A stretch of 64,000 nucleotides of DNA from Escherichia phage DCP548: the sequence record PQ671645.1; one strand, given 5' to 3'. Below the pieces are notes generated by a model. That model ran no database searches. It was not told where the DNA came from and saw nothing but the letters and a program-made list of their open reading frames with translations. Position 1 is the stretch's first letter, and every line of letters starts with the position of its first letter. The position numbers and the translations under genes were made by a program. Below, one piece after another: positions 1 to 8,083 of this stretch.

Positions 1-764
1 ACATCTAAATCTATTGAGCCGCCTGTAATAGCGATTGCATTGGGTATGAATAAACTATCAATAGGGCCTTCCATTACCCAGACGTCCCCTTCCTTAACAC
101 GTTCAACACCATAAATTTTTGTTGCAGACTCAAACGCTTTAATAGTGATATATTTCTGAGGAGCATCTTTACGAAGTGCACGTCCTTGGAATGACTCGGC
201 CTTCCCATCTTTATTAAAAATAGGAATCACTAAACGTGGTTCGGGAATCTCTTTCTTATACGTACCAGGTTGAATCTTGTTGACCAATTTAGGCCATTCT
301 AATGTGAACCATAATCTGTTCCATGATTCTTTAGGAATACATCGAGACTTAACATATTTCACAATAGGATGCTCTTCAGGCAGCTTGTCCAGACGAGAAC
401 AAGACGGCAAAGAATTTATAGTCTTTTTCTCCGGTTCTGGTTTATGTTCAGGAACCTTTTCAATCTTTGGTTCCATTCTAGCTTTTTCTTTACGAACTTC
501 CATTAGATATTCGCGATAAAGCTCTTCATCATACTCTTTTAAGTACCCGGAAATTGTATTATGATATTGACAGTTATAGCAATGCACATTACCTGGAGTA
601 CCGCCATAATACCATCCGCGAGCTTTCATTGCATCTGTCTGGGAGTCGCCACAAACTGGACAACGAAATGTTAATTTAAATGTGCTTGAATTATTGATTT
701 GTCTAAAACGAGGTAGGTGAGAAAACGCACGATAAGCAAATTCATTATCTATCCATTCAGCCAT
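1..764 (-). CDS. 61: DNA primase gp61, N-terminal ~254 codons; 3' end lies beyond the window start
   Basis: Hand translation from ATG at 764: MAEWIDNEFAYRAF...FRCPVCGDS...CYNC zinc ribbon, colinear with remembered T4 gp61; absent from ORF track because no stop in window. Confidence 0.85.
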   Translation of the reverse strand, partial: MAEWIDNEFAYRAFSHLPRFRQINNSSTFKLTFRCPVCGDSQTDAMKARGWYYGGTPGNVHCYNCQYHNTISGYLKEYDEELYREYLMEVRKEKARMEPKIEKVPEHKPEPEKKTINSLPSCSRLDKLPEEHPIVKYVKSRCIPKESWNRLWFTLEWPKLVNKIQPGTYKKEIPEPRLVIPIFNKDGKAESFQGRALRKDAPQKYITIKAFESATKIYGVERVKEGDVWVMEGPIDSLFIPNAIAITGGSIDLD

Positions 765-803
765 AGTATTCTCCAGAGGCCTTAAATTAATAAGGCCATC
801 ATA

Positions 804-1298
804 TCACAACTTATTAATATTTACTTTAATTCGCTTTCTTTTCTTGGAAGGAATTTGTTCTGGACCTTTATTTACGACTGCACCTGTAGTTGTTCCTGAT
901 GCAATAGCTTGAGGACTACCGCCTGAATCACCAGCAACCATATCCTCAAATAAAGGGAGTTCTTTAAATATTTCTTTCTGTTGTTCTTCAGTAATGTTAT
1001 AGCGTGAAGCTACAGCACTCCAGGCAGACATCATTGAGGCCATTCCATTAAGACCTGGAACGGTGCTCATCATTCGCTTCATTGAACGAACTGAAGCATG
1101 AAAAGGTGTATACGCAGCTTTCTCTTCGGGAGTAGAAGGACGTTTAAGAACACTTCCACGTTCATCGATGATTTTGGCTTCGTATGCTTTCCATTCGGTA
1201 AAAGGTTTTTGCATTAGTCGAATAAACTTATATGCATAAACAGAATCTATTGCAGTGTTAATAATACCCATAGGTACCTCCTGAGTATATTTAATCAA
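804..1298 (-). CDS. hypothetical protein (61.1-position ORF)
   Basis: 164-aa minus ORF in the 61-41 interval; start uncertain. Confidence 0.5.
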   Translation of the reverse strand: MIKYTQEVPMGIINTAIDSVYAYKFIRLMQKPFTEWKAYEAKIIDERGSVLKRPSTPEEKAAYTPFHASVRSMKRMMSTVPGLNGMASMMSAWSAVASRYNITEEQQKEIFKELPLFEDMVAGDSGGSPQAIASGTTTGAVVNKGPEQIPSKKRKRIKVNINKL

Positions 1299-1488
1299 TT
1301 ACAAAGATTGCTTTGTCACCATTTATATCTGTGACTTCATATGTAGTGCCTTCATACTGTGGAATATTCCAAATTACGCCATCATTAGCTTTTACGCTAA
1401 TATGGTATTGGTGTTTTGAAACAACTTCATAATCTTCAAAACTTGTAAAAACACTAATTTTAGAACCAGTGCAAATTGCAGTAGTCAT
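1291..1488 (-). CDS. hypothetical small protein
   Basis: 65-aa minus ORF packed between neighbours. Confidence 0.4.
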   Translation of the reverse strand: MTTAICTGSKISVFTSFEDYEVVSKHQYHISVKANDGVIWNIPQYEGTTYEVTDINGDKAIFVID

Positions 1489-1489
1489 T

Positions 1490-2149
1490 TTAACCTCGAT
1501 TCATAAATGCATTAAATATTTGGTCATCAACAGAAATTTCTAATTCGACTTCAATTGCTTCAGCCTTTTCTTCAGGTGGTAATTCGTATCCACATACTAC
1601 AATTTTTTCATCAATATCAAAATATACAGAAGCAATATGATTAATGTTATTTTCGGTTAAGTCTAAATCAACATCAACATCTTTTTGACCTACACTTAAA
1701 GGATAACTAATACGGGTTATTTTATTATCTTTAACAAAGAGTCCACCGACATACTCTGTACTACGTTTGAAGTTTACACGTTTCCGAAATGAAAGATATG
1801 ATGCATCTTTACCGTGAGCTCGGCTCATAGGACATAATGAATAGCTAGAATAAGAGATGTCAAATCCTACACCTTCAATATGAGCCAACGTGTCATGAGT
1901 AAACCAATTATAATCATATGCCAAATCCATTAAATTATAATATGTGAAAGGCACCGGATTAACATCATATGTTGTACCTTTAAAATCTGCCCAGGCAACG
2001 ATTTCGTTATCTTTAACAATTACAAAAATTACACCAATATGATATCCTTTATTATTTTCATTCGGCGTTATATTATAACATTGTGCATTAGGAAATTTAC
2101 CATATTTAAATGGCGCATTTTTGTGCATATAATAAATCATATTATTCAC
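1490..2149 (-). CDS. hypothetical protein
   Basis: 219-aa minus ORF; no motif recognised. Confidence 0.5.
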   Translation of the reverse strand: MNNMIYYMHKNAPFKYGKFPNAQCYNITPNENNKGYHIGVIFVIVKDNEIVAWADFKGTTYDVNPVPFTYYNLMDLAYDYNWFTHDTLAHIEGVGFDISYSSYSLCPMSRAHGKDASYLSFRKRVNFKRSTEYVGGLFVKDNKITRISYPLSVGQKDVDVDLDLTENNINHIASVYFDIDEKIVVCGYELPPEEKAEAIEVELEISVDDQIFNAFMNRG

Positions 2150-2435
2150 CTGTGATTTCGGTTACGATATCTTTGTTATCGAAATTAGGGTCACAATACA
2201 AAACATAATTGTACTGCATGATACCACCGGACTTAAGTTGTTCAACAACTTTATTAACCATATTAGGACGGTCTCGTTTAGTGATGTTCATGATATCAGA
2301 GAAGATTTGTTGTTCAACATCTTCTTGATTTGCAGTCATTGACCACTCACAGAGGTCTTTATCATAACCTGCCGTAACTGGAGCTGGTGCACATGATACT
2401 GCAAGTAAGATTGCTGCCAATGATAACTTTTTCAT
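2142..2435 (-). CDS. sp: Spackle-like periplasmic superinfection-exclusion protein
   Basis: 97 aa with signal peptide MKKLSLAAILLAVSCAPAPVTA then GYDKDLCEWSMTA, matching remembered T4 Sp (61.3); same position between 61 and 41. Confidence 0.7.
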   Translation of the reverse strand: MKKLSLAAILLAVSCAPAPVTAGYDKDLCEWSMTANQEDVEQQIFSDIMNITKRDRPNMVNKVVEQLKSGGIMQYNYVLYCDPNFDNKDIVTEITGE

Positions 2436-2459
2436 TTTAACTCCTTAGTTGATTTGATA

Positions 2460-2494
2460 GGACTACTATACTATAGTCCATCTATAATGTAAAC
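2460..2494 (-). promoter_or_regulatory. early promoter with flanking inverted repeat, upstream of sp
   Basis: Minus GTTTAC, about 18 nt, TATAGT; inverted repeat GGACTA/TAGTCC around the -10. Confidence 0.5.
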
Positions 2495-2498
2495 AAGT

Positions 2499-2747
2499 TT
2501 ATTCTTTTTCGCGAATAATAATTACTTGTTGAGGCTGCTGAGCAGATTTCTTTTCGGCAACGATAGACCAAATTAAAGTTCCAATCCAACCAATCATCGT
2601 CCAGTTAAAGAGTAAAGATACAAAGAAGATTGCTGTTGTGCTTTTTGTGCCACGAATAAGCGCGATTACCCAAGGCAGCATGTAAATGATGATTGAACCA
2701 ATACCTGCGATTAAAACCGCTACTGAACTAGCTACGAATAATTCCAT
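2499..2747 (-). CDS. Imm-family superinfection immunity membrane protein
   Basis: 82 aa, two TM segments, YMLPWVIALIRG...NWTMIGWIGTLIWS resembles the Imm_superinfect family consensus. Confidence 0.55.
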   Translation of the reverse strand: MELFVASSVAVLIAGIGSIIIYMLPWVIALIRGTKSTTAIFFVSLLFNWTMIGWIGTLIWSIVAEKKSAQQPQQVIIIREKE

Positions 2748-2808
2748 GTTAATTTCCTCTTGATTTGTTATGTTTATAGTATCTTATTTTAACTTTGGTG
2801 TAAACCAA

Positions 2809-3177
2809 TTAATTAAATTTGTTTAAACGTTCAATACACTGGACGTAGTTATTTGCGATTTGTTTCTGGGTAGGCTCTTTACCAGTTGTTTCAACATAGC
2901 GAATGAATGCGATTTCAGTAGCCTGTAGACAATGTTCTTTAACGCGTTGTTCTTTTGACAATGCTACAGTATCAGAATCACGATAACGTTGAGCATGAGC
3001 ATCAGCTTGAATCATTCGATTACCTACAGTAACCGGGTCTTCCACTTCAACTTTAGGTTGGTTGTACTGTTTAACATTCGGGTTATAAATCAATTGGCCA
3101 ACATTATTAGGGATAAAGCCATGGGCACCACATCCGGTTAATCCAAATACCATTGCTAAAGCGATTAATTTTTTCAT
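2809..3177 (-). CDS. putative lipoprotein
   Basis: 122 aa; N-terminal MKKLIALAMVFGLTGC lipobox. Confidence 0.5.
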   Translation of the reverse strand: MKKLIALAMVFGLTGCGAHGFIPNNVGQLIYNPNVKQYNQPKVEVEDPVTVGNRMIQADAHAQRYRDSDTVALSKEQRVKEHCLQATEIAFIRYVETTGKEPTQKQIANNYVQCIERLNKFN

Positions 3178-3198
3178 TTCAATTTCCTCTGTAGTTGA

Positions 3199-3235
3199 TA
3201 GAAAGATAGTAACACATTATGTAGTGCTTGTAAAC
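3199..3235 (-). promoter_or_regulatory. early promoter upstream of lipoprotein gene
   Basis: Minus GTTTAC, about 18 nt, TACTAT. Confidence 0.4.
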
Positions 3236-3237
3236 AG

Positions 3238-3450
3238 CTATTTTAAACTTTTGCGAAATTTGCGTTTTTCTTGACGAATCTGTCGTTTAGTCGGACGTAC
3301 AGCAAATTTAACGAAGTCCACTTTGCCGTGTGGAAACTTTTCAGATGCTTCACAGTCCATCATTAGTTCCCATCCTTCCAGAATAAGAGCTTTCCATTGC
3401 GTAGTTGATGCAAATTCGTATGTCGATGGTTTAAACACAGTTGAATACAT
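3238..3450 (-). CDS. small basic protein, member of a three-copy paralog family
   Basis: 70 aa ending ...FAVRPTKRQIRQEKRKFRKSLK; same C-terminal motif as ORFs at 31248..31427 and 31852..32049. Confidence 0.5.
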   Translation of the reverse strand: MYSTVFKPSTYEFASTTQWKALILEGWELMMDCEASEKFPHGKVDFVKFAVRPTKRQIRQEKRKFRKSLK

Positions 3451-3451
3451 A

Positions 3452-3643
3452 TTATCCTCTTAAATCGGCTTCAAAAACTTTCTCGTCATTAACAAATGCT
3501 TTAACTAATGCTTTGTTCACTTCAGCAAGTTGTACCGCAACCCACTCGATTTCTTCGCGATCACCTGATAACATGATATCTTTAGTGAACATCTCGCCGC
3601 TTTTAAACCAACCGATAAAAGTAACTTTAGTTAATTTGCTCAT
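3452..3643 (-). CDS. dmd: Dmd-like antitoxin (discriminator of mRNA degradation)
   Basis: 63 aa, VTFIGWFK...AEVNKALVKAF resembles remembered T4 Dmd (61.5); position upstream of 61. Confidence 0.6.
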   Translation of the reverse strand: MSKLTKVTFIGWFKSGEMFTKDIMLSGDREEIEWVAVQLAEVNKALVKAFVNDEKVFEADLRG

Positions 3644-3957
3644 ATTTCCTCACAGAATGCCCATTCAGCATGATAAACTGTAGCACCTTTAGTATCATTC
3701 ATTTGAACTACATCTACCGGAGAAATTACTCGATAGAGTCGTGGTTCACCTCCATAAGAGCGTGCTGCTCGTCCTGCATAAATCTTTGCTAAACCGATAT
3801 CTTCAGTAAAGAATACACGATCCAAGTTTTTCTTACGTCCAGTTTCGGACAGAACTCCTGTTTCTTCAGGAGGACAAAGCATGTTTTCGATGTTAGCTGA
3901 ACTACTTGAACCGTGATAAAAAATCTTAAATTCTGCTTTACAATCGATGGTTTTCAT
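3640..3957 (-). CDS. Arr-like ADP-ribosyltransferase-fold protein
   Basis: 105 aa; FYHGS...RVFFT...YAGRAARSYGGEPRLYRV parallels rifampin-ADP-ribosyltransferase motifs (FYHGT ... IYFS ... YIYIVEP); own early promoter upstream. Confidence 0.45.
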   Translation of the reverse strand: MKTIDCKAEFKIFYHGSSSSANIENMLCPPEETGVLSETGRKKNLDRVFFTEDIGLAKIYAGRAARSYGGEPRLYRVISPVDVVQMNDTKGATVYHAEWAFCEEI

Positions 3958-3963
3958 TTTGTT

Positions 3964-4012
3964 CTCCAGTAGTTGATAGGTCTATAATAACACAACTACT
4001 GGAGAAGTAAAC
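3964..4012 (-). promoter_or_regulatory. early promoter with 12-bp inverted repeat, upstream of Arr-like gene
   Basis: Minus GTTTAC, 17 nt, TATTAT; perfect inverted repeat CTCCAGTAGTTG / CAACTACTGGAG flanks the -10. Confidence 0.55.
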
Positions 4013-4387
4013 TTAAAAATGTAATTTAGATACATCTGCGTTGATTTCACTTTGGTTTGCGTCATATGCAATTAAACGAACCGCTTTAGATGGGTCATTC
4101 AATGCATAGAAATGATGGAACATTGCTCGAACGATATCACCATTTACGAGTTCTACCTGGATAGGAGAACCTTTTTCGAGTTGGAAATGTTCATAAGCTT
4201 TGATGGTTCGCAGATAATCAAGTTTTTGATTTCCGGCTCCAACGATTTGTACGATACGTTTGCCCATGTTTTCCATACGAGATACAATAGTTTTAGGAGC
4301 AAGAATAACGTAGGTTGCCAGCGGAGAAACTACTTCAACAGTTGTGTTTTCGGTGATTGCAGTAAAAATTGCTTGAGACATATTCAT
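4013..4387 (-). CDS. hypothetical protein
   Basis: 124-aa minus ORF, ATG at 4387 with GAGAGG RBS; early promoter upstream. Confidence 0.5.
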   Translation of the reverse strand: MNMSQAIFTAITENTTVEVVSPLATYVILAPKTIVSRMENMGKRIVQIVGAGNQKLDYLRTIKAYEHFQLEKGSPIQVELVNGDIVRAMFHHFYALNDPSKAVRLIAYDANQSEINADVSKLHF

Positions 4388-4416
4388 AATGTTTTCCTCT
4401 CGGTTAGTGTAAGTAC

Positions 4417-4446
4417 ATCATATCATGCCTAGAGGGAGATGTAAAC
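4417..4446 (-). promoter_or_regulatory. early promoter upstream of ORF 4013..4387
   Basis: Minus GTTTAC, spacer, TGaTATGAT extended -10. Confidence 0.5.
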
Positions 4447-4453
4447 CCCGAAA

Positions 4454-4469
4454 GGAGACCGAAGTCTCC
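4454..4469 (-). other. intercistronic RNA hairpin with UUCG tetraloop
   Basis: GGAGAC-UUCG-GUCUCC on minus-strand RNA just after the gene 41 stop, directly upstream of an early promoter. Confidence 0.5.
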
Positions 4470-4475
4470 TTTTTA

Positions 4476-5918
4476 TTAAAATTTTAACTCATTGGCTAAG
4501 CTATCTAGGTCAGCACGTGTTGCTTTGGCTTTACCTACGCGTTCCGTACGATTCACCTCTGCCTGACGCATCTGAGCACCTGCGTTTTCATTTACTGTGT
4601 TAGGTGTGTTCATGCCTTCTTGCTCAATCTCAACCCATTTCTGATTGCCTTTACGTACACCCATCAGGAATTTATTCCACTTATTCTTATCACCATATCG
4701 TGATTTGATTTGTTTGATAAGTTGTTGTTCAGCTTGTGCAAGTTCTTCGGTTTCAATTACGGCCAACATGAAATCTGCCGTTGCTGGTAAACCTGCTGAT
4801 TCTGCAATATCGCTCATGTTCATATCCGAAGCATCCCATGCTGCACGTCCTACTTGAGCTGCAGTCCATAGAACTGTTTCAGATTCTACTGCTAATGCAC
4901 GAAGTTCTTCTGCGATAGCTTTAACTAATGTGTAACTATTTTCAGTGTAAACTCTGATGCGACAAGACCCACAAATACCTAAGTAATCAACCATGATTAC
5001 AGATGGCACAAAGTTCTTCTTGAGTTTCAATTCATTAAGCAATGCACGGAATGTATTAGCATTAGCTCCGCCAGTAGGATACTGTTTAACTACTAAACGT
5101 CCTAATGTGGATTTTGAACGCCATTTTTCCATCTTGGCTTTATATTCAGCATAAGATACGTTACCATCATCGATATCATCGAGCGATACGTCAAGCATAT
5201 TTGCATCTATACGCTTAGCACAAACTTCTTCAGCCATTTCCATGGAAATATAAAGAACATTATGTCCTGTTTGAAGATAATCTGCAGCAAGTGAACAAAG
5301 GCCTAAAGATTTACCAACGTTAACACCGGCCATTAAAACATTCAGTGTACCGGTTTCAGCACCACCTTTAGTGATTTTATTCAGAATGTTTAATTTGAAC
5401 GGGACCTTACGTGCTTTGTTCAGATAAGAAAGCCAGCGTGCTTCGTAGTCTTCCATCCAGTCGTGTCCAACATAACTATCAAACGAAATTGAAAGTGCTT
5501 GACGCATAATATCAGGAATAGCTCCTACGTCAGGCATTTTCTTGTTACGTTGTTCTGGAGGTAGTTCAGCATTAGACTGAATCTCAATGATTTTGGATGT
5601 AGCATTATACATCGCTTTTTGCTGGACATATTTCTCAGTTTCTTTAACCAACCATTCGTGGTCTTCAGGAGTATCAGCCAATTTTTCAATTAGGTCTGAA
5701 GTTCCTTTATATTCGGCTTCAGTTAAAGAACTGTTATCTAAAGCCACCTTTAATGCATTTATAGATGGCATTGCATTATATTCGTTAACGTGGCTCTTTA
5801 TAATTTTAAATACATTTTTTGCCGGTCCACGCTCAAAATACTCAGAATCCATATAAGGCCAGACCTTAGAAAAATAAGCCTGGTCATATACTAGATGAGA
5901 CAAAATAATTTCTACCAC
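4476..5918 (-). CDS. 41: replicative DNA helicase (DnaB-like) gp41
   Basis: 480 aa; Walker A GVNVGKS; size and synteny match T4 gp41. Confidence 0.93.
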   Translation of the reverse strand: MVEIILSHLVYDQAYFSKVWPYMDSEYFERGPAKNVFKIIKSHVNEYNAMPSINALKVALDNSSLTEAEYKGTSDLIEKLADTPEDHEWLVKETEKYVQQKAMYNATSKIIEIQSNAELPPEQRNKKMPDVGAIPDIMRQALSISFDSYVGHDWMEDYEARWLSYLNKARKVPFKLNILNKITKGGAETGTLNVLMAGVNVGKSLGLCSLAADYLQTGHNVLYISMEMAEEVCAKRIDANMLDVSLDDIDDGNVSYAEYKAKMEKWRSKSTLGRLVVKQYPTGGANANTFRALLNELKLKKNFVPSVIMVDYLGICGSCRIRVYTENSYTLVKAIAEELRALAVESETVLWTAAQVGRAAWDASDMNMSDIAESAGLPATADFMLAVIETEELAQAEQQLIKQIKSRYGDKNKWNKFLMGVRKGNQKWVEIEQEGMNTPNTVNENAGAQMRQAEVNRTERVGKAKATRADLDSLANELKF

Positions 5919-5927
5919 GATAACTCC

Positions 5928-6269
5928 TTAAAAGAATTTAAATTTTTTCTTGGTCCGTTCATTAAAAGCTTGTTGTACTTGCATTGTAACACATTTTTCA
6001 ACATGTGGTGCAAGTTCTGCTTTTCTGTCCTGGTCAAGAACTGCAAAGTCCATTACGATTTTACCATCAACCCAGTCTAGTTTTGTAATATAGACTATAT
6101 GATGAGAACCATCTTCAAGTGTAATCAGAATCTCTTGAATGACATTTTCCATTGCTGAACGGATAATTTTAAGAGATTCATTAAACACTCGTTCTTTGCG
6201 AATGTCTTCCCCTTCCGAAGAAGGGGATTCATCAACGATTTCTAGATTTAAATCATCGAGATTATTCAT
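5928..6269 (-). CDS. 40: gp40-like head vertex assembly chaperone
   Basis: ORF-track frame 5928..6413 trimmed to the ATG at 6269 (MNNLDDLN...), overlapping the uvsX stop by 8 nt; call is by synteny between uvsX and 41. Confidence 0.55.
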   Translation of the reverse strand: MNNLDDLNLEIVDESPSSEGEDIRKERVFNESLKIIRSAMENVIQEILITLEDGSHHIVYITKLDWVDGKIVMDFAVLDQDRKAELAPHVEKCVTMQVQQAFNERTKKKFKFF

Positions 6270-7434
6270 CGAAATCTTCCATTTCGTCAAGGTCGTTTTC
6301 AATATCTGCTGCAGACGGAGCATCAGAAGCTTTAACAGGAACTTTAGTTGTTGCTTTGCAATTAATAAGGTCGTTAACAGCGTCATCAACTTCTTTAATA
6401 GAAGAGATAGCACCTAGTTTATATTTAGCTTCAATTGCATCTCGGAAAGGTTTGTGTTTAAACAACGGTCCCCAGAATTCTACACAATCAGTAGCTTTAG
6501 CACGCCATGATTTTTCTTCACGAATCATTTCACCTGTTTCTTCGTCAAGGAATTCACGAGCATACCAACCGGCTTTAGGCTTAACAACAAATCCAATTTC
6601 AGTTGCCATTTCTAACAAGCCACTGAATGGATCGATACCGCCGTCAAAATTAACCGTGATTGGGAAAGTAGATTTCTCTTTAACTGTACGAGATTTTTCT
6701 GCTTTCAACGTGAAGTCATAACCGGTCAATTCTGTACCTTCTTTAACCTGACGTTTAGAGATAAAGAATACAGTGTTAGCAGAGTAAAGAATACCTGTAC
6801 CACCACCCATAATCTCTTTAGGATATAGTCCGCCGATTTCCATTGCTGTATGGTTGATTGCAACACACGGAATATCTTTAATAGTCAGATAAGGAGTCAC
6901 AATACGGAACAGAGATTTAAGTGCCTTAGCACGAGACATATCACCTACGACTTTCTCGTTCAATGCATCTTCGGTTTCTTTCTTAGATGCAGTATTACCG
7001 ATTGAATCGATAAAGATAATAACTTTATCACCGCGTTCAATAGCGTCAAGCTGATTAGTCATATCAACTTTAAGTTGTTCGACAGACTGAATTGGTGTAT
7101 GAACTACGCGGTCCAAATCAACACCCATTGAACGGAAGTAAGATTCCGAAGCACCAAATTCCGAGTCATAAAACAAACAGATTGCATCTTTATATTTCTT
7201 CATATACGCTGCAACCATGGTCAGTCCAAACAACGTTTTAAAGTGTTTAGAAGGAGCAGCAAAAATAGTTAAGCCTGATTGCAACCCGGCATTCAGTGCA
7301 CCACCTAATGCAATATTCAACATCGGAATACGAGTAGGGACTTCATCACGATTATTAAACAGCTTAGACTTAGTCAAGTCTGCAGTCATTTTAGAAGTAG
7401 AAGCTTTAATCAGACGAGATTTTAAATCAGACAT
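6262..7434 (-). CDS. uvsX: UvsX RecA-like recombinase
   Basis: 390 aa, MSDLKSRLIKASTSK... near-identical in outline to remembered T4 UvsX. Confidence 0.93.
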   Translation of the reverse strand: MSDLKSRLIKASTSKMTADLTKSKLFNNRDEVPTRIPMLNIALGGALNAGLQSGLTIFAAPSKHFKTLFGLTMVAAYMKKYKDAICLFYDSEFGASESYFRSMGVDLDRVVHTPIQSVEQLKVDMTNQLDAIERGDKVIIFIDSIGNTASKKETEDALNEKVVGDMSRAKALKSLFRIVTPYLTIKDIPCVAINHTAMEIGGLYPKEIMGGGTGILYSANTVFFISKRQVKEGTELTGYDFTLKAEKSRTVKEKSTFPITVNFDGGIDPFSGLLEMATEIGFVVKPKAGWYAREFLDEETGEMIREEKSWRAKATDCVEFWGPLFKHKPFRDAIEAKYKLGAISSIKEVDDAVNDLINCKATTKVPVKASDAPSAADIENDLDEMEDFDE

Positions 7435-7487
7435 TGTATTTTTCCATAGGCATCATTATATTTTACTCATGTTTAAAAGATAAGACG

Positions 7488-7514
7488 ATTATATACTAAG
7501 GGTTATACAGCATT
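7488..7514 (-). promoter_or_regulatory. middle-type promoter candidate upstream of uvsX
   Basis: Minus strand aaTGCTgtA, 12 nt, TATAAT; MotA-box-like with one mismatch. Confidence 0.4.
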
Positions 7515-7533
7515 TAAAACTTTAAACAGGCTC

Positions 7534-8082
7534 TTAACGAGCCCATTTGATAATTTCTGTAATCAAATTATTACGTTCGCTTGCATTAAATCCTATAACT
7601 TTGTTAGCACCATCATGATTAAGTAATTGATACGTTTGGATTTCGTTATGAATTGCAAACTCTTCAAAATATGAAATGACTGTATTAAAACCGAACGAAG
7701 ACAAAGTAATAAGGTCGTCTTCAAAACTTTCAGTCATTTCGTTACGTGTTAAAATAATTGTGAACACATCATGGTTTTGGCAAAGACGAACATAATCCTG
7801 TTCATAAACGTCAAGAACCGAGTCCGCATCTTGTCGAATACGTCCATAAACCCAGTTACTAATATATCCACGGTCTAACAGATAAATCTTAGTAGGGTCT
7901 AAATAATTCAACATCGTTTCGAAACAGCCAACTTCATTTCGAGACTTAACATCGAAACGTCCATCAACTGTTCGTTTAGGGAAATCAATCTTTACATATC
8001 TTTCACTAATTTCCATTATGTCATTAATGAAAGTTGTTTTACCAGCATTATCCGGGCCATCTACTAAAATAATTTTAGCCAT
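7534..8082 (-). CDS. P-loop kinase-like protein (dNMP/thymidylate-kinase-like fold)
   Basis: 182 aa; Walker A ILVDGPDNAGKTT and LLDRGYIS (DRY-like) motif; sits where T4 has beta-gt. Confidence 0.55.
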   Translation of the reverse strand: MAKIILVDGPDNAGKTTFINDIMEISERYVKIDFPKRTVDGRFDVKSRNEVGCFETMLNYLDPTKIYLLDRGYISNWVYGRIRQDADSVLDVYEQDYVRLCQNHDVFTIILTRNEMTESFEDDLITLSSFGFNTVISYFEEFAIHNEIQTYQLLNHDGANKVIGFNASERNNLITEIIKWAR

Positions 8083-8083
8083 T

